Source: an uncultured Methanosarcinaceae archaeon (GTDB lineage: Archaea; Halobacteriota; Methanosarcinia; Methanosarcinales; Methanosarcinaceae). From it: DNA of 64,000 nt. Below the pieces are notes generated by a model that searched no databases, was not told the origin of the DNA, and worked only from the letters and a program-made list of their open reading frames with translations. Shown piece after piece: positions 37,859 through 50,371 of the stretch. The translations under genes were made by a program, and so were the position numbers. The stretch is from assembly GCA_963833425.1 (NCBI GenBank), contig CAWHXP010000008.1:116578-180577 (forward strand), written 5' to 3'. Positions within the stretch are counted from its first letter, which is position 1, and each line of letters opens with the position of its first letter.

Positions 37859-38214
37859 AACTAAAAAATTATTGTAATTATTTACGCTTAAGGTGCTCAA
37901 AATTTTATAATCATGAAAAACAGAGAAAAAACTTTTATTCCTTTCTTTTTTGTATATTCCATGCTTCATTTTCAAGTTTAAAAACAGTAAAAAATTGTGA
38001 TACATTATAAATCTATTTTACACTTTTGAGAAAATAATATCCTCTCGATATATACACAGTTTTTTTGTATCAAAATATATGTATTTTCATAATTTTCAGC
38101 TGAAATTAGAATATTTTTATGTGATTATGCGGAGAATATATAGTTTTTATTAAGATAGATGTCATGTTGAAAGCTATAAGTTACTACATTTATCTCGCGG
38201 AAATAAAAAATATA

Positions 38215-39347
38215 GAGGATTTCAATAAACTTCGGATTTTATTTCTTAGCAGAAATTTCTAAGATCTTCCCTCAATTTCTCTATTTAATTCCTCTTTTTG
38301 GCTTTACTTATTCTCAATTCTTTGATTTTAAAGATAGCTTCCGCTATCTTCAATATACTTTTTTTATTTTCAATGTCCTCAATTGATGGAGATTATAACA
38401 AAAAGCCGTACACAACATTTTTAGATTTACTATTTTAACAGTAGTAACAAAAATTCTTCCTGCTTTGAAAATTTCTTTAGTTACTGAATAAATTCCTTCT
38501 CATGGGACTCTTTTTGAGCCAATTCCCTTATTTCTTAATAAATCCTTTATTCCCAGAGTATGTCCTTTGACCGCTCTTTTCATTGTTGCATTATACCCTT
38601 TCGTTTTTGCTCCAAAGTATCCTCTGTCCCTATAAACCACTTCATTTTCCTCTGTCAAATCTACATACGAATCATGTACTGAAGCAGTTGTTGTTTTGAA
38701 TCTTCTGATCAGCTCATAATCTCTGTCTATTATATTATGAAGCTTATATCCAAAGTGAGACTTACCTCCCTTCTTTGTCCATGTTCCGTCTCTGCTTCTT
38801 CTTGTTTTTGCCTCATCTCTCTCCTTTTGCATGTCCTGGATCTGAATGGATAAAAGTAGCATCGTGAATCATTCCCTGCTTTATCTGTAAACCCAGAGCA
38901 TCAAGTTGGCTTTGCAACTTTCCCTATATTTTCTTTGAAATTCTCGATAATTCTCTCCCTAAATAGCCATACAGTAGTACTGTCAGGTACGTATTCCGGA
39001 AATCCAAGGAATTTCCTAAAAGAAATTCGATCTATACACTGTTTCTCAAGTTCAAAATCAGAGAGCTCATGCCATTGTTGTAAAACAAGCATTTTGAACA
39101 TCACAATGACATCAGTTTCAGGTCTCCCTTCTGAAACGGTTTTGTTAATATACATAGACTCAAGAATAATACGAAACGTTTTCCAATCAATTAAGAAATC
39201 AATTTCAGCAAGCTTATCTCCAACAGATTCAATACGTTTATACTCTTCTTTAAGAGTAAAATCAGTAAGAATTTTCATGAATATACATAAATATTGACAA
39301 ATTTAAAGTCAACCATGCTCAAGAGCATGGAGGTTATCGAAATTTTC
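38215..39347 (-). mobile_element. IS5-family insertion sequence with fragmented transposase
   Basis: GRPETDVIVMFKMLVLQQW...DRISFRKFLG..VPDSTT, DATFI, KSHFGYKLH, YRDRGY; imperfect TIRs GAGGATTTCAATAAAC (38215) and GGTTATCGAAATTTTC (ending 39347). Confidence 0.9.
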
Positions 39348-40733
39348 TTTACTTATATTTCTGTCTTCTACAACTATGTGATTGCTGTTCTCAAATATCT
39401 AAATTTCAGCAACTCTTCCAGTTTTTTACTTAGAATCTGCAATTAGATTTATCTAGCGGAGTATTTTTTTCATTCAACTGTCTCAAGCTTTTTTATCGAA
39501 TTCCTCAATTTCTTTGACGGATAAATCACTTCGCAACAAAGGAAAACAATTTTCGGTGTTCCCATAATTGCCAGATCATAGCCCCTCAACTGTATTCAAA
39601 AATTATACAAAAACCAAATGATTTTATCAAGCTCAATGCATAATGCGGATTAATGCTCTCGATCCGATATTTGCCTGCTGTTTTTCATATGCTTGCAAGA
39701 TGACAAAAAAATAGTCATGTGATAAATCTGTGTAACGGATTATAGTAAAAGTCTGTACTTGTTTTCCGTTGATGCATGTACATCTTCTCCAAGTTTCATT
39801 TTTTTATTTACCAAATAATCAATTTTTTCTCTTTCCCTCCTTATTGAGCACAGCGTTTGAAGCGTAAGATGATCGGTTTTGCATTCAGGTTATACCTGTT
39901 ATCAGAATGGTTAATGAATGAATCATAGATCCATCTGCAGAATAAAAATCGAGATCTTCATCCATTTTCTTTAAAGCTTCTAATGGTTGATAAGTTCTGG
40001 AGATTAACCAGCAGGTTCTTTTGTAAGAGTCATAAAAATAGGGGGTTCAAACCATTGTAATGTGTGCCTTATCCATTTTACTTTCATAGTGAGGATTGTG
40101 ATCAGCATGCTTATAGTATCTTGAAGCTTCGAATGGAGTTGAATCAATCTTCGCTTCCTTTTCTGATGGAGTTTGAGAATTTTTTAGCCTACAGCATCAT
40201 GACCTCATTGATTCCTTCCTCTGCAAGCCTATATTTCACAAAATGAAGAAGTTTCCCAACTGAAGGAAATTTTATCTGGTCATTTCCATCAAAAAGAATC
40301 ACAGAATAGCCTCTTCCTCTGTTGAGGAATAAACGATTTTATCTTAAGAAAGATTCTTAAAACATTTCACAACAAAGAGTTCTATCATAGAAGAAACACT
40401 GTATTTAAAGTGCTAACTTTTGTTGGTGTAAAAAGTACGTTCTACGTGCTTTGCAATATTATCAATGCAGAAAAAGTACAGAATGGGCCCATTGTGGTAC
40501 TTTCCTTGCTCAGATAATTAGCAAGCGAATCCTCGAAGAGAACTTCCATATATATATTATACTTTCCTCCGCCACGAGAACAGCCAATTTTATTGTATTA
40601 AAATTTTTCACTATCGTAGAAATGAAGATGAAGACTGAAGTTAATGAAAAAAAGACTACTTTTTTAAATCAAAATTCTAGTTTGTGAGCCTCGCATAGGT
40701 CTACTAAAAATTAAAAAAATATGAAAAGAACTA

Positions 40734-41529
40734 TCACTTCGGGTACATCTGCCGGATGAACGCCTTGTCCATGTCCGAAAGATCCGTATTATTGTTCGTC
40801 GCCTTGTGATCCAGGAATAGCTGAGCCGGGAACAGGTACAACATTATCGATTTTGGGTCGAAAAGAGGCGCATATCCCCCCTCGAACGAATATTTCTCGA
40901 GGATATTTGGTCTATTTCCTTCTTCTTCCAGTAATTAGGAGGCCCCTCGAAGTAAGCATATTCAGATCACTATCCCAGTTGAATTGCTCGTTGGGACTCT
41001 GGTGCTCGTGGATGCAGCCCAACAAGTGCCCGAATTCGGGACGACCACACGCCGCCATTCCGTATCATCGGTCGTCTAGTTGAGCCAGCCAAAGTTCATA
41101 CTCGGCCGGTCCCTGGGGGACACCCAACGCTTCCACACCTACGGTAGACCACGAACTATACCCCTCCCAAGTACGCGATCCTGACGTCTTCGTCCTGGGT
41201 ATCCACAAAGGTGATGTTGATGTTTTCATAGTCCATCCATTCGCTGGCCATCTTGATGGTCTTATCATGCTGGACTTCCGAGCCGCCGAGGAAACGGCAC
41301 TTGAGCGAATGGCCTCCAGGCCACTTTTTCCCAGTGATAATGGCTATCGGTTCGATCCCGATTGGCTGACTCGGTCGAGATCATGGAAGAGCTCGCGCGG
41401 TGACTTGAAATCCGTGCCGTGTAATGCGGCTGAGATGTGTGCTTGGTGTATCATTCTGTTGATTGGACGCAGATAGTCTGGTAAGACACGATCGCAACAG
41501 ATCTTTAGATCTACTGGCTGTTTATTCAT
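40734..41529 (-). pseudogene. Metzincin (astacin/M12-like) zinc metallopeptidase
   Basis: KKWPGGHSLKCRFLGGS, DVRIA, SWSTVG, (H)EFGHLLGCIHEHQSP; GC-rich; frameshifted. Confidence 0.8.
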
Positions 41530-41639
41530 AATGTATCCCTACTTTTACTCTCGCTTATAATTTACGAATTCTGGTATTCATTTATATGGTTTCACTTTAG
41601 TATTCATTTATACGTTTTCCGTTTATATGTACTGGTAAT

Positions 41640-41830
41640 GTACATGCATACATACATTTAATTTTATCATTGCAATTATTTTAAATTAATTATAAGGAAA
41701 ATGATTTCTAAACAAAAATTAATTCCTCATAAAATTTTTCACAATCGAAAAATAATTTAATATCAAAATTGCTTTTTATTATTTCCGAAGTTCTTAGAAT
41801 TAGCATTATGTTTTCCTAAAGAAGCAAGAT
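41640..41830 (-). repeat. Dispersed upstream module, copy F
   Basis: Core AATTATTTTAAATTAATTATAAGGAAAATGATTTCTAAACAAAAATT at 41674-41720; TTTTATTATTTCCGAAGT shared with copy E. Confidence 0.85.
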
Positions 41831-42283
41831 ATATTAATTTTTTAAGCTCTTTGCTATTTAGGATGTAGAATTATACTTTCACTTTAGAAATGAATGTGCA
41901 ATTTGCATAAGCGTTCAAAAATTTCTTGTGGAAAATCAAGTTTTTATCCGACGCTAATCTCTTTTTATTGATCGCTTTTCAACTGGATTATTATTTCAAC
42001 CTACATAAACAGCGAAAAAACAAATTTTTGCTCGTGTGACTGTAATCTCGATTATTCAATATCATAAGGATATTCTTGTTATGCCCTCTAGTAAAAGTCC
42101 AGTAAATTCAAAAAAGTATTTGAAAAGCGCAGGCAAAAATCTTGAAATATTCATTTTTGCAGTGGAACTAAGATTTCCCAAAAAGGATAAAATAATCGTT
42201 TATCAGATTTATTCAATGATCAAGGATACAATCATACATTCAATAAATTTTAATTTAACTATATAGTGTTGAAAATAGCTTTT

Positions 42284-42608
42284 ATCAGGCCTTTAAAATT
42301 TAGAAGTTAATCTAAGATTAATCGTATTGCTTTTTAGGGAAAAGTTCAATGTCAAATTCCTGAAGACCTCCTAAAATAATAAAAACATAGCTAATATAAA
42401 ATTGTTGTTAGATTTTAAAATATTTGATTGAAAAGTAAATTTTGTTCAAAAGCTATTTTCTGTTTAATTGAATTTTATGAAGCCGTAATTTTTGTTCAAA
42501 AGTCATTTTCTGCATAATTGAATTTAATTCGATCGTAATTTTTATTCAGAAACTATTTTTTGTATAATTAATTTAAAATAATTAAGAGGGTAATTGAACA
42601 TTGTATCT
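42284..42608 (+). repeat. Dispersed upstream module, copy G, with core triplicated at 50-bp period
   Basis: Units start at 42435, 42485 and 42535. Confidence 0.85.
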
Positions 42609-42831
42609 ATGAACGATCAACCAAAATATTGAGTTTATAGTAATTTACTATAGCATAATATTTCTTTAGGCGCAACAAACTTTGTGGAGATTTTACTTCG
42701 GTCGGAGAAAGTACTGGAGGAAACAAAGGATAAAAATTAACTAGTGATATTCTTTTTATCATCACATGGTGTATTATTACCAAAGTTCTTTGCAAAGTTA
42801 TGAAGCTGCTACAAGATCAAGGTGGAATCAG

Positions 42832-43098
42832 ATGACACGCTATCGCATTACAATTTTCGGACAAACTAAAGAGGCCATGGCTGACTTAGTTCGTAAACAC
42901 AAAATTCATGTCTTGCGTAACACCGTTCGCAGTAAAGACACTGGTCATGCTGTTGATGCCATCGCGCAGCTGAATGAGATTCAATTGCTCGAAGCTGCTG
43001 GTTATTCCATTCAACGTCACGAGGATGTTGATGAAGTTGGCAAAGCCCGTCAGAAAGAAGTAGGGCGAGGCAATCGGTATATTTCGGAGGAGTCTTAA
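42832..43098 (+). CDS. Small protein resembling a carboxypeptidase activation (pro) domain
   Basis: AAGGTGG RBS; TAATG overlap with the M14 gene; YRITI..DLV..VDAIA..I.LLEAAGY.I pattern. Confidence 0.7.
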   Translation: MTRYRITIFGQTKEAMADLVRKHKIHVLRNTVRSKDTGHAVDAIAQLNEIQLLEAAGYSIQRHEDVDEVGKARQKEVGRGNRYISEES

Positions 43099-44207
43099 TG
43101 CCTTACCATAACGTCGAAGAAGTAGAATCTGCTCTCTTGGTTGCGACGTCTGCGCCTTATAGAAACTTCACTGAACTTATCACTCTACCAAATCTTACTT
43201 GGGAAACCCGTCAATGCAATGCCATAAAGATTGCAAGCGGTAATAATTCTGGGCGGTCCGGTGTATATTTCCTAGGCGGTGTCCACGCACGTGAGTGGGG
43301 AAGCCCGGATATACTTATCTACTTTGTCCAACAGCTTGAGAAAGCCTACTTGAATGAAAAAGGTCTTACATTCGGCAATAAAATTTTTTCTGCCGCTGAC
43401 ATCAAAACCATTGTTAACACACTCGATATAGTTGTTTTCCCCCAAGCCAATCCCGATGGGCGCAACTATAGTATGACTGTAGATCCCATGTGGCGTAAGA
43501 ACCGTCGCACACTAGCTCCAAATGTAAATACTTGTAATGGTGCCTGTGTCGGTGTCGATATAAACCGTAACTACGATTTTCTCTGCGATTTCCCAAGATA
43601 TTTTAATCCAATGGCCCCTGTTCAAACTTCTACAGATCCATGTGACTACCAAGTTTATTGTGGGCCTTCAGCTTTCTCTGAACCAGAGACCAAGAACGCC
43701 GAGTGGATTTTCGATAACTTCCCCAATATCCGCTTTTTTATCGATTTGCACAGCTATAGCGGGGTTATTCTTTATGGTTGGGGTGACGACGATGATCAGA
43801 CGACTGATCCAAATATGAATTTTCAAAACCCGAAATACAATGGCCTCCGAGGAATTGTATCTGAAAAACCATACGCTTCAGATTATAAGGAATACATACC
43901 ATTGGAGGATCGTCGTGTTTCTGTTGACCTCGCCAATACTTTCAGGGATGGAATTAAGGCTGTTAGAGGCACCACCTACACTGTCAAACCGTCTGTAGAT
44001 CTATATCCGACTTCAGGTACCTCCACTGATTATGCCTACAGCCGTCATTTTGTTAATGGCAATAAAGAGAAAATTTTGGCCTTTACCCTTGAATGGGGTT
44101 TAGACTCATTAGAAACTCCGTTCCATCCTCCATACAACGAGATGCAAGAAATTATATATGAGACAACATCTGGCCTGCTTGCTTTTTGCCTCAAAATTTG
44201 TAAATAA
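43098..44207 (+). CDS. M14 zinc carboxypeptidase (carboxypeptidase T-like catalytic domain)
   Basis: HAREW, NPDG, WRKNR, GVDINRNY, FSEPET, DLHSY, YPTSGTSTDY, FTLE. Confidence 0.93.
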   Translation: MPYHNVEEVESALLVATSAPYRNFTELITLPNLTWETRQCNAIKIASGNNSGRSGVYFLGGVHAREWGSPDILIYFVQQLEKAYLNEKGLTFGNKIFSAADIKTIVNTLDIVVFPQANPDGRNYSMTVDPMWRKNRRTLAPNVNTCNGACVGVDINRNYDFLCDFPRYFNPMAPVQTSTDPCDYQVYCGPSAFSEPETKNAEWIFDNFPNIRFFIDLHSYSGVILYGWGDDDDQTTDPNMNFQNPKYNGLRGIVSEKPYASDYKEYIPLEDRRVSVDLANTFRDGIKAVRGTTYTVKPSVDLYPTSGTSTDYAYSRHFVNGNKEKILAFTLEWGLDSLETPFHPPYNEMQEIIYETTSGLLAFCLKICK

Positions 44208-44512
44208 GAAAATTGCTTGGTCTTGAAAATACGATTAGTATTACGATAAAAGTTTTACCCGCTGCTGTATGGCTTAAATTTTTGGGCATTAAATTTAACA
44301 GAGACAAAATCAGGGAGGTTGAAGATTAATTAATAGAGTAGAAAGTGAAAGAGAGCAATTTCTATTGTTGGAATTGCCATCTCTAAAGGCAAAAAGCTTA
44401 ATCTTAACAGCACTGTGGATATTACCCGCCTTGAGAGCAAAAGGGATTTGATCTTAACAGCACTAACGACGATGAACGTGCCACGATACTCTGAAATTTA
44501 GAGATTAATTGT

Positions 44513-46250
44513 ATGAACTACTGTAATGAGAATATTGATGAGAAAAAAATTAAGCAGAGTCATTGGTCGTGTACCACCATTGCTGTTGGAAAAGATGCAA
44601 CTTTTAATGGCTCGGTTTATAGTGGCTCACTCCGATGACGATGTTGGTGACGAGAGCGTAATCTATGTTCCTGCAGCTGAATTACCCCGATGGGTGCTAT
44701 GCGCCAGGTCTATTACGACACCACCAGTCTGGGACACAATCCTCGATGCAATGCTACCGAGCTAGGCCGCTATGTAGGAATCTCCAGAGGACCCGGTTAT
44801 CACACAGAGGATTATCTGGAAAGCAGACCATTAGGGAAAATACCTCAGGTCAGGCATACATACGCTTATTTTGATCACATTTACGGAATTATGAATGAAA
44901 AACAACTGATGATTGTGGAATGTACCTGTGGAGCTAAAATTCACCCAGAACCTGAACCCAGAAAAAATATATTATATCCGTCTTAACTTCTCGTATTGCT
45001 TTGGAACGTTGCTCCAAAGCAAAAGAAGCAGTTGAACTTCTCGGGGAGTTAATTGAGAAATATGGCCTCTACGGTACTGGGGAAACCTTATTGATTGGAG
45101 ACCCCGATGAAGTTTGGGTCATGGAGAAGTGCGGATATAAAGACTAAATAGGAAGTAAATTCTCTGAAAACGGAACAGGAGGTATCTGGGTAGCGCAAGG
45201 GTTCCAGATGCCGATTTGTTTGTCGCCGCTAATCAGTTCCGCATCCGTGATATTCATAAAGATAAGGACAAGAATTCAGAGGATCTTGATACATTCCTCG
45301 AAGCTCTTCGATGTATGTATAAACCAGGGCTGGCTGCAGCTTTCAGCCACTAAGCTAGATTGGGTCTCTACAGTAAGTTGAGGGGAATATAGACATGCTT
45401 ATTATTCACTTCCCCGAGTCTGGCGAGTGCTGAGCAAGATGGCTCCTAATTTGAAACTATCTACCTGGGTTGAGGATGGTTATACGCACGCTTATCCCTT
45501 CTCGGTAAAACCGAGCCAGAAGCTCTCAGTTGCCGATGTGGCAGCGATTTACCGTGATCATTATGACGGGATCGAATTTGATCTGTCTAAAGGACGCGCA
45601 GCAGGTCCCTTTAATGACCCCATTCGATATGAAAACAATCCAGACTAAGGTGATTCATTTAATTTAAATACGTACCACATAAAGGGCGCCTGGGAGCGTC
45701 CCATTTCTATCGTTCGATGCGGCATACTATGGATAAATCAGGGAAGAACGTTTTTACCGGATCCAATTGGTGGTGTCTCTTGGATTGGACTTGACAGGCC
45801 AAAAGCTAACTGTTTGATGCCATTTTATGTTGGCATCAATAAATTGCCAAAATCAATTAAAACAATGGACCTAAGTAAATTAGATCGCAATAGTGCTTGG
45901 TGGGTATTCAATTTTGTTGCAAATTATGCTACCATTAAATATTCATACATATGCAGGATATTTACGAAACACAAAAAGAATTGGAAAACGATTCTTATTG
46001 TGCTGTGGCCGATTTTGAAAAGGAGCTAAGTAAAAAGGGCAGTAATGATTTAACAGCTTTCTGTGAGAGTAATGCTGAAAAGATAATCTCTAAATGGTGG
46101 AATTTATCAGAAATGCTATCTTCAAATACAATAACGGCTTCATTACAACTGAGAATAACATCATGCATGAAGTCGATTATCCCGAAGACTGGCTTAAAGA
46201 TGTTGGTTACGATGAAGGTCCAATCAGTTATGAAACAAGGGAATAGATGA
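44513..46250 (+). pseudogene. C69 family dipeptidase
   Basis: CTTIAVGKDAT, VAHSDDD, GIMNEKQLMIVECT, AANQFRIR, YRDHYDG...DLSKG.AAGPF, ERPIS, SAWWVFNFVAN in broken frames. Confidence 0.88.
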
Positions 46251-46615
46251 CATTTGTCTCAAAATTGCATTTAATTCTTCAATAGGATATGAATCTAGCC
46301 TGATTCGAATTCGATAGCAATTATTTTGGAAGTTTAAATCGGGTTAACCTCTAATAAAATATCATTAGTTGAATGGATGAATTGAGTTTTGTTATATACT
46401 GTGAGAGATTGGATAATCTTCAAAAATCGCAATCAGTGCATATGAGAAACAATGTACTTAAGAACCATAATTACTAGGATTGCCCATTCAAATAATTTAA
46501 AAATATTTGTAACGGAAGTGGTTGCAGGGTTACTTATTATTTTAGTGTTACTGAAGATGGTTTTAAGAGTGTATTGTAATAATAAAATTTATCCAGAGGA
46601 ATTCCTGTTACTAAA

Positions 46616-46733
46616 TAGGACTTACGCCATTAGGCACGAAATCATGTGTAATAAATACTGTGATTTAAATTTGAATTTTGAACAGTCAAATGTTTAATGA
46701 TGATGATTTATCAGTTCAACCGCATGATTCCTA
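46616..46733. mobile_element. MITE-like element, GGACTTACGC-end family
   Basis: TAGGACTTACGC ... GCATGATTCCTA imperfect IR. Confidence 0.55.
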
Positions 46734-46929
46734 TTTATTACGATATTAATAGATGCACAGGTCTTATAGCAAAATCGATGTATGTAAGTATATTCTATTA
46801 ATCATTATTTTTATTAAATGAAAAAATGAATTTATAAAGTATCGAATTTTTCTTCCTGGTCTTAACCTGAGGATGATATAAAAAAATTCAAAAAAGTAAT
46901 TAATAATTAAAAAAATACTTAATTACTTT

Positions 46930-47217
46930 TCATTCTTCTGTTGAGTGTTTACATCCTTCTTTAGAGTTTTTACATTCTTTTGTGCAATTTTCGTGGCAAG
47001 GTAAGCAGTCTCTGAAAACATCCATGAAAGATCCACATCCACAGAAGTTATCTTCACATCCACAGACTGGGAACTTTAAGAAATCTACCATCCCGGTACT
47101 AGAATCGGTTTTCAATATTACATTTCCAAATCTCGCTGCTCCGGCGGTACTTACTAACATTAAGACCAGAGCTATTGAAAATAAGGCTAGTTTATATGAT
47201 TTTTGTTTAATTGTCAT
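46930..47217 (-). CDS. Small secreted Cys-rich protein containing CxxCH (CLPCH)
   Basis: GGGGGT RBS; signal peptide ending AGA-A; CGC..CGC..CLPCHENCTKEC...C. Confidence 0.7.
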   Translation of the reverse strand: MTIKQKSYKLALFSIALVLMLVSTAGAARFGNVILKTDSSTGMVDFLKFPVCGCEDNFCGCGSFMDVFRDCLPCHENCTKECKNSKEGCKHSTEE

Positions 47218-48515
47218 TTATTTACCCCCTATTATATATGCTTTACTTGTCGTTTGAATCTTATTCATTGTATAAATACAGAGGAAAGATAGGACAAGAT
47301 TAGTTGTTTTATTAATTTTTAAATATATATAGACTATAGAATTCCTCTTCAGAAATATAAATACCGAAGGAAAATAGAGAAGAATTTTAAAAATACAAAA
47401 AAATATATATATATATACATATATATTTATATAGATATATATCAATAAATATATTAATATAATTTTGTTTTCGTCTAGATTTGTGGACATAAGCACAAAA
47501 TAAATCGATTTATCCATTTTTTTTTTTAATAAATATTTCTTTGCTATTTATAATTTAACCTATATAAAATCTTCAAATTAAGTCTCTCCGCGTTTTCCAT
47601 ACTAAAAACAGCATAAAAAAGATGCAAAGCCAATAGTTAAGAAAATCAGCTATTAAATTCGTCAATTTCAACTACACAAAGAGGATCATTATATTGCTTT
47701 ACCATGCTGAATCGTTAAAAACTGTTTTTATGGAGTAAGGTTTGAATATGGATAACATTCTTATGAAGGTTTTAAAGGAAAAAAACCATACATTAATACT
47801 CCTAATTTTATAATCTTTAATCAAAGTTAATTTTATTCTTAAATTCGGGGATCATTTCCCATCTGATTTAAAGTCGAAATCTTCCATTGCATAATTGTAT
47901 AAGTGCTATGAGTTTTGAGACAGCCTGCTTAAAAAGAGCACAACCAAGTGGTTGGATAGTTACATAACATTCTCCAAAAATATTTTAAAATTGGGAAACA
48001 AAAGTGGAATTCTAAGAAGACGACACCAGCTTGAAAATGTTCATTATTTTCAAGGCAACTACGAAAGAAGCATGCAAGCAAATGAATATATGAGATTTTG
48101 AACAGTACCACCATACCCATAACGATGGAGTGAACGTATCCTCTTTCTTTTAGTTGGAATAGCCACAACACAGTTGGTACTTATTTTGATATTTTGGACT
48201 ACCAAATTTGTTTGTCCGGTGAAATTACTTCAAAAGCAATTTGATATCTTGGATCAATGTCACATTTAAACCCTTGAAGACTATTCATTGATAATTTTAT
48301 AAAGGGTTAAAAGACTAAATATGGACAACTTTTTTGCCTCAAATTATAAATCAATTGGATAGCCGATAAGGTGAAAAATACTCTATCCGCCTTTACCAGC
48401 TAATTGAAAAAAATTATTCGTTTTTTGGAGCTGAGCAAGAAAATGAATTCGTTGATAATTTAGAGGAAAAAGGATATCGAGATTATGCCGATAGAATGAA
48501 TTAACTGCTACCTCT

Positions 48516-50153
48516 TTATCTTTTTTTTAAGATTTCAACAGCCAATTCTCTAAGCTTGTATTTCTGGATTTTACCACTTGCTGTAAGAGGATAATTCTCC
48601 ACAAAGAAAATGTGTTTTGGAACTTTATAGCGAGATATTCGGCTAGAAGCATAATCTCTTATGTCACCTTCGGTCAGGTCTGCACCCCTTTTAAGAATTA
48701 TGAATGCTCCCACTATTTCTCCATATTTCTTGTCAGGAATACCTACTACCTGAGAATCTTTAACTCCTGGAACTTCATGCAAGAACTCCTCAATCTCTCG
48801 GGGATAGATGTTTTCACCTCCTCGAATAATCATATCTTTAATTCGGCCAGTGATCCTATAGTAACCGTTTTCATCGCAGGTTCCGAGGTCTCCACTGTGA
48901 AGCCAGCCATCTTCATCGATAATTTCTTTAGTTTCTTCAGGCATCTTATAGTACCCTTTCATTACATTGTACCCACGACAACAAATCTCTCCTACCGTAC
49001 CTGTGGGCACTGGTTTATTGGCATTCGGGTCAATAACTCTGATCTCTACTCCAGGGAAAGACGTACCTACGGTTTCAGCTCTAAGTTCAACCGGATCATC
49101 CACCGTAGTCTGGGTTATACCAGGGGAAGCTTCTGTAAGTCCGTAGACACTAGTAATCTGATAACAGTGCATGTTTATCATGACCCTTTTCATAACTTCC
49201 ACAGGACATATTGAGCCAGCCATGATCCCGGTTCGGAGGGAAGAAAGGTCGAAAATATCAAACATAGGATGGGTGTACTCGGCGATAAACATCGTAGGCA
49301 CGCCGTAGAGAGCTGTACACCTTTCTTTCTGAACTGCAGATAGCACTTGGAGAGGGTCGAAAATTTCAAGCATCACAAGCGTTGCTCTGTGAGTTAAGAC
49401 TGCCATAACCCCAAGTACAATCCCAAAACAGTGGAAAAGAGGAACAGGTAGACAAAGTCGGTCGTTTTGGGTGAACTTCTGACGGTCGCCTATTGAGAAA
49501 CCATTGTTAAGGATATTCTTGCTGGTCAACATAACCCCTTTCGGAAAACCCGTAGTCCCTGAAGTGTATTGCATATTGATAACATCATCTCCGTGCAAAC
49601 CTGCTAGTATTTCTCGAAGTTCGTCACTGGAATAGTGACTGCCAAGAAGCATAAGCTCACTGGTACTATACATGCCCCTGTGTTTTTCCTGACCTATATA
49701 AATCAAACTCTTCAGGCATGGAAAATTTTTGCTTTTCAGGCGCCCCCTTTCTAAATTTTTGAGCTCAGGGAGCAGTCCGTAGATAATTCTCAGATAATCA
49801 ACATCCTGGAAACTATCTATAAGAGCCAGTGCCTTCATATTAGATTGCTTGAGGATATATTCGACCTCATAGCTCTTATACGCTGTATTTACAGTAACAA
49901 GCACTGCACCGATCTTTGCAGTTGCGAACATAAAAGTAAGCCAGTCCGGAACATTCTTTGCCCAGATCCCGACATGATCTCCTTTTTTAATTCCAATGTT
50001 AAGAAGCCCTTTAGCAAGGTTATTAGCTCTTTCGTCGAACTGCCCGTATGTAAAACGCAGGTTTCGGTCCGGATAAACGACAAACTCGTGGTCAGGATCT
50101 AAAGCTGCTTGTTTTTCATAGTACTCCCCGAGAGAATTTTTAATAAGATGCAT
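48516..50153 (-). CDS. AMP-binding acyl-CoA synthetase
   Basis: [44 protein letters not shown]. Confidence 0.95.
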   Translation of the reverse strand: MHLIKNSLGEYYEKQAALDPDHEFVVYPDRNLRFTYGQFDERANNLAKGLLNIGIKKGDHVGIWAKNVPDWLTFMFATAKIGAVLVTVNTAYKSYEVEYILKQSNMKALALIDSFQDVDYLRIIYGLLPELKNLERGRLKSKNFPCLKSLIYIGQEKHRGMYSTSELMLLGSHYSSDELREILAGLHGDDVINMQYTSGTTGFPKGVMLTSKNILNNGFSIGDRQKFTQNDRLCLPVPLFHCFGIVLGVMAVLTHRATLVMLEIFDPLQVLSAVQKERCTALYGVPTMFIAEYTHPMFDIFDLSSLRTGIMAGSICPVEVMKRVMINMHCYQITSVYGLTEASPGITQTTVDDPVELRAETVGTSFPGVEIRVIDPNANKPVPTGTVGEICCRGYNVMKGYYKMPEETKEIIDEDGWLHSGDLGTCDENGYYRITGRIKDMIIRGGENIYPREIEEFLHEVPGVKDSQVVGIPDKKYGEIVGAFIILKRGADLTEGDIRDYASSRISRYKVPKHIFFVENYPLTASGKIQKYKLRELAVEILKKR

Positions 50154-50371
50154 GATTTCAACCTCTCACGTGTATTATCTACCTTTAGAAACTGTCTGTT
50201 GTGTCCTTTAGTTATTGAAAACCGTATACTAAGACCCTCTCCACATCTTCCAAAGAATTATAGACATATTCATTCTCCATTTTTTATTAATGGACCAAAT
50301 ACATGATCAAAATGTTGGCTAAGGAGTGAAAATATTTTTAATGCTGTGAAGCTCATTTTGCGGGTGTTATA

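Noticed and set aside
38500..39278. Programmed frameshift in the IS5 transposase
   Set aside because: At least three frame breaks are present, which is consistent with decay.
39360..40380. Degraded coding-like DNA (similar stretches at ~2800-3250, 6100-6620, 11350-12220, 19090-19480, 22000-22740, 47930-48500, 56930-57830)
   Set aside because: Probably old pseudogenes, but no family motif could be recognised by eye.
47218..47517. Track ORF rich in Y/I
   Set aside because: It is a translation of an (AT)n low-complexity tract in the leader of the Cys-rich gene.
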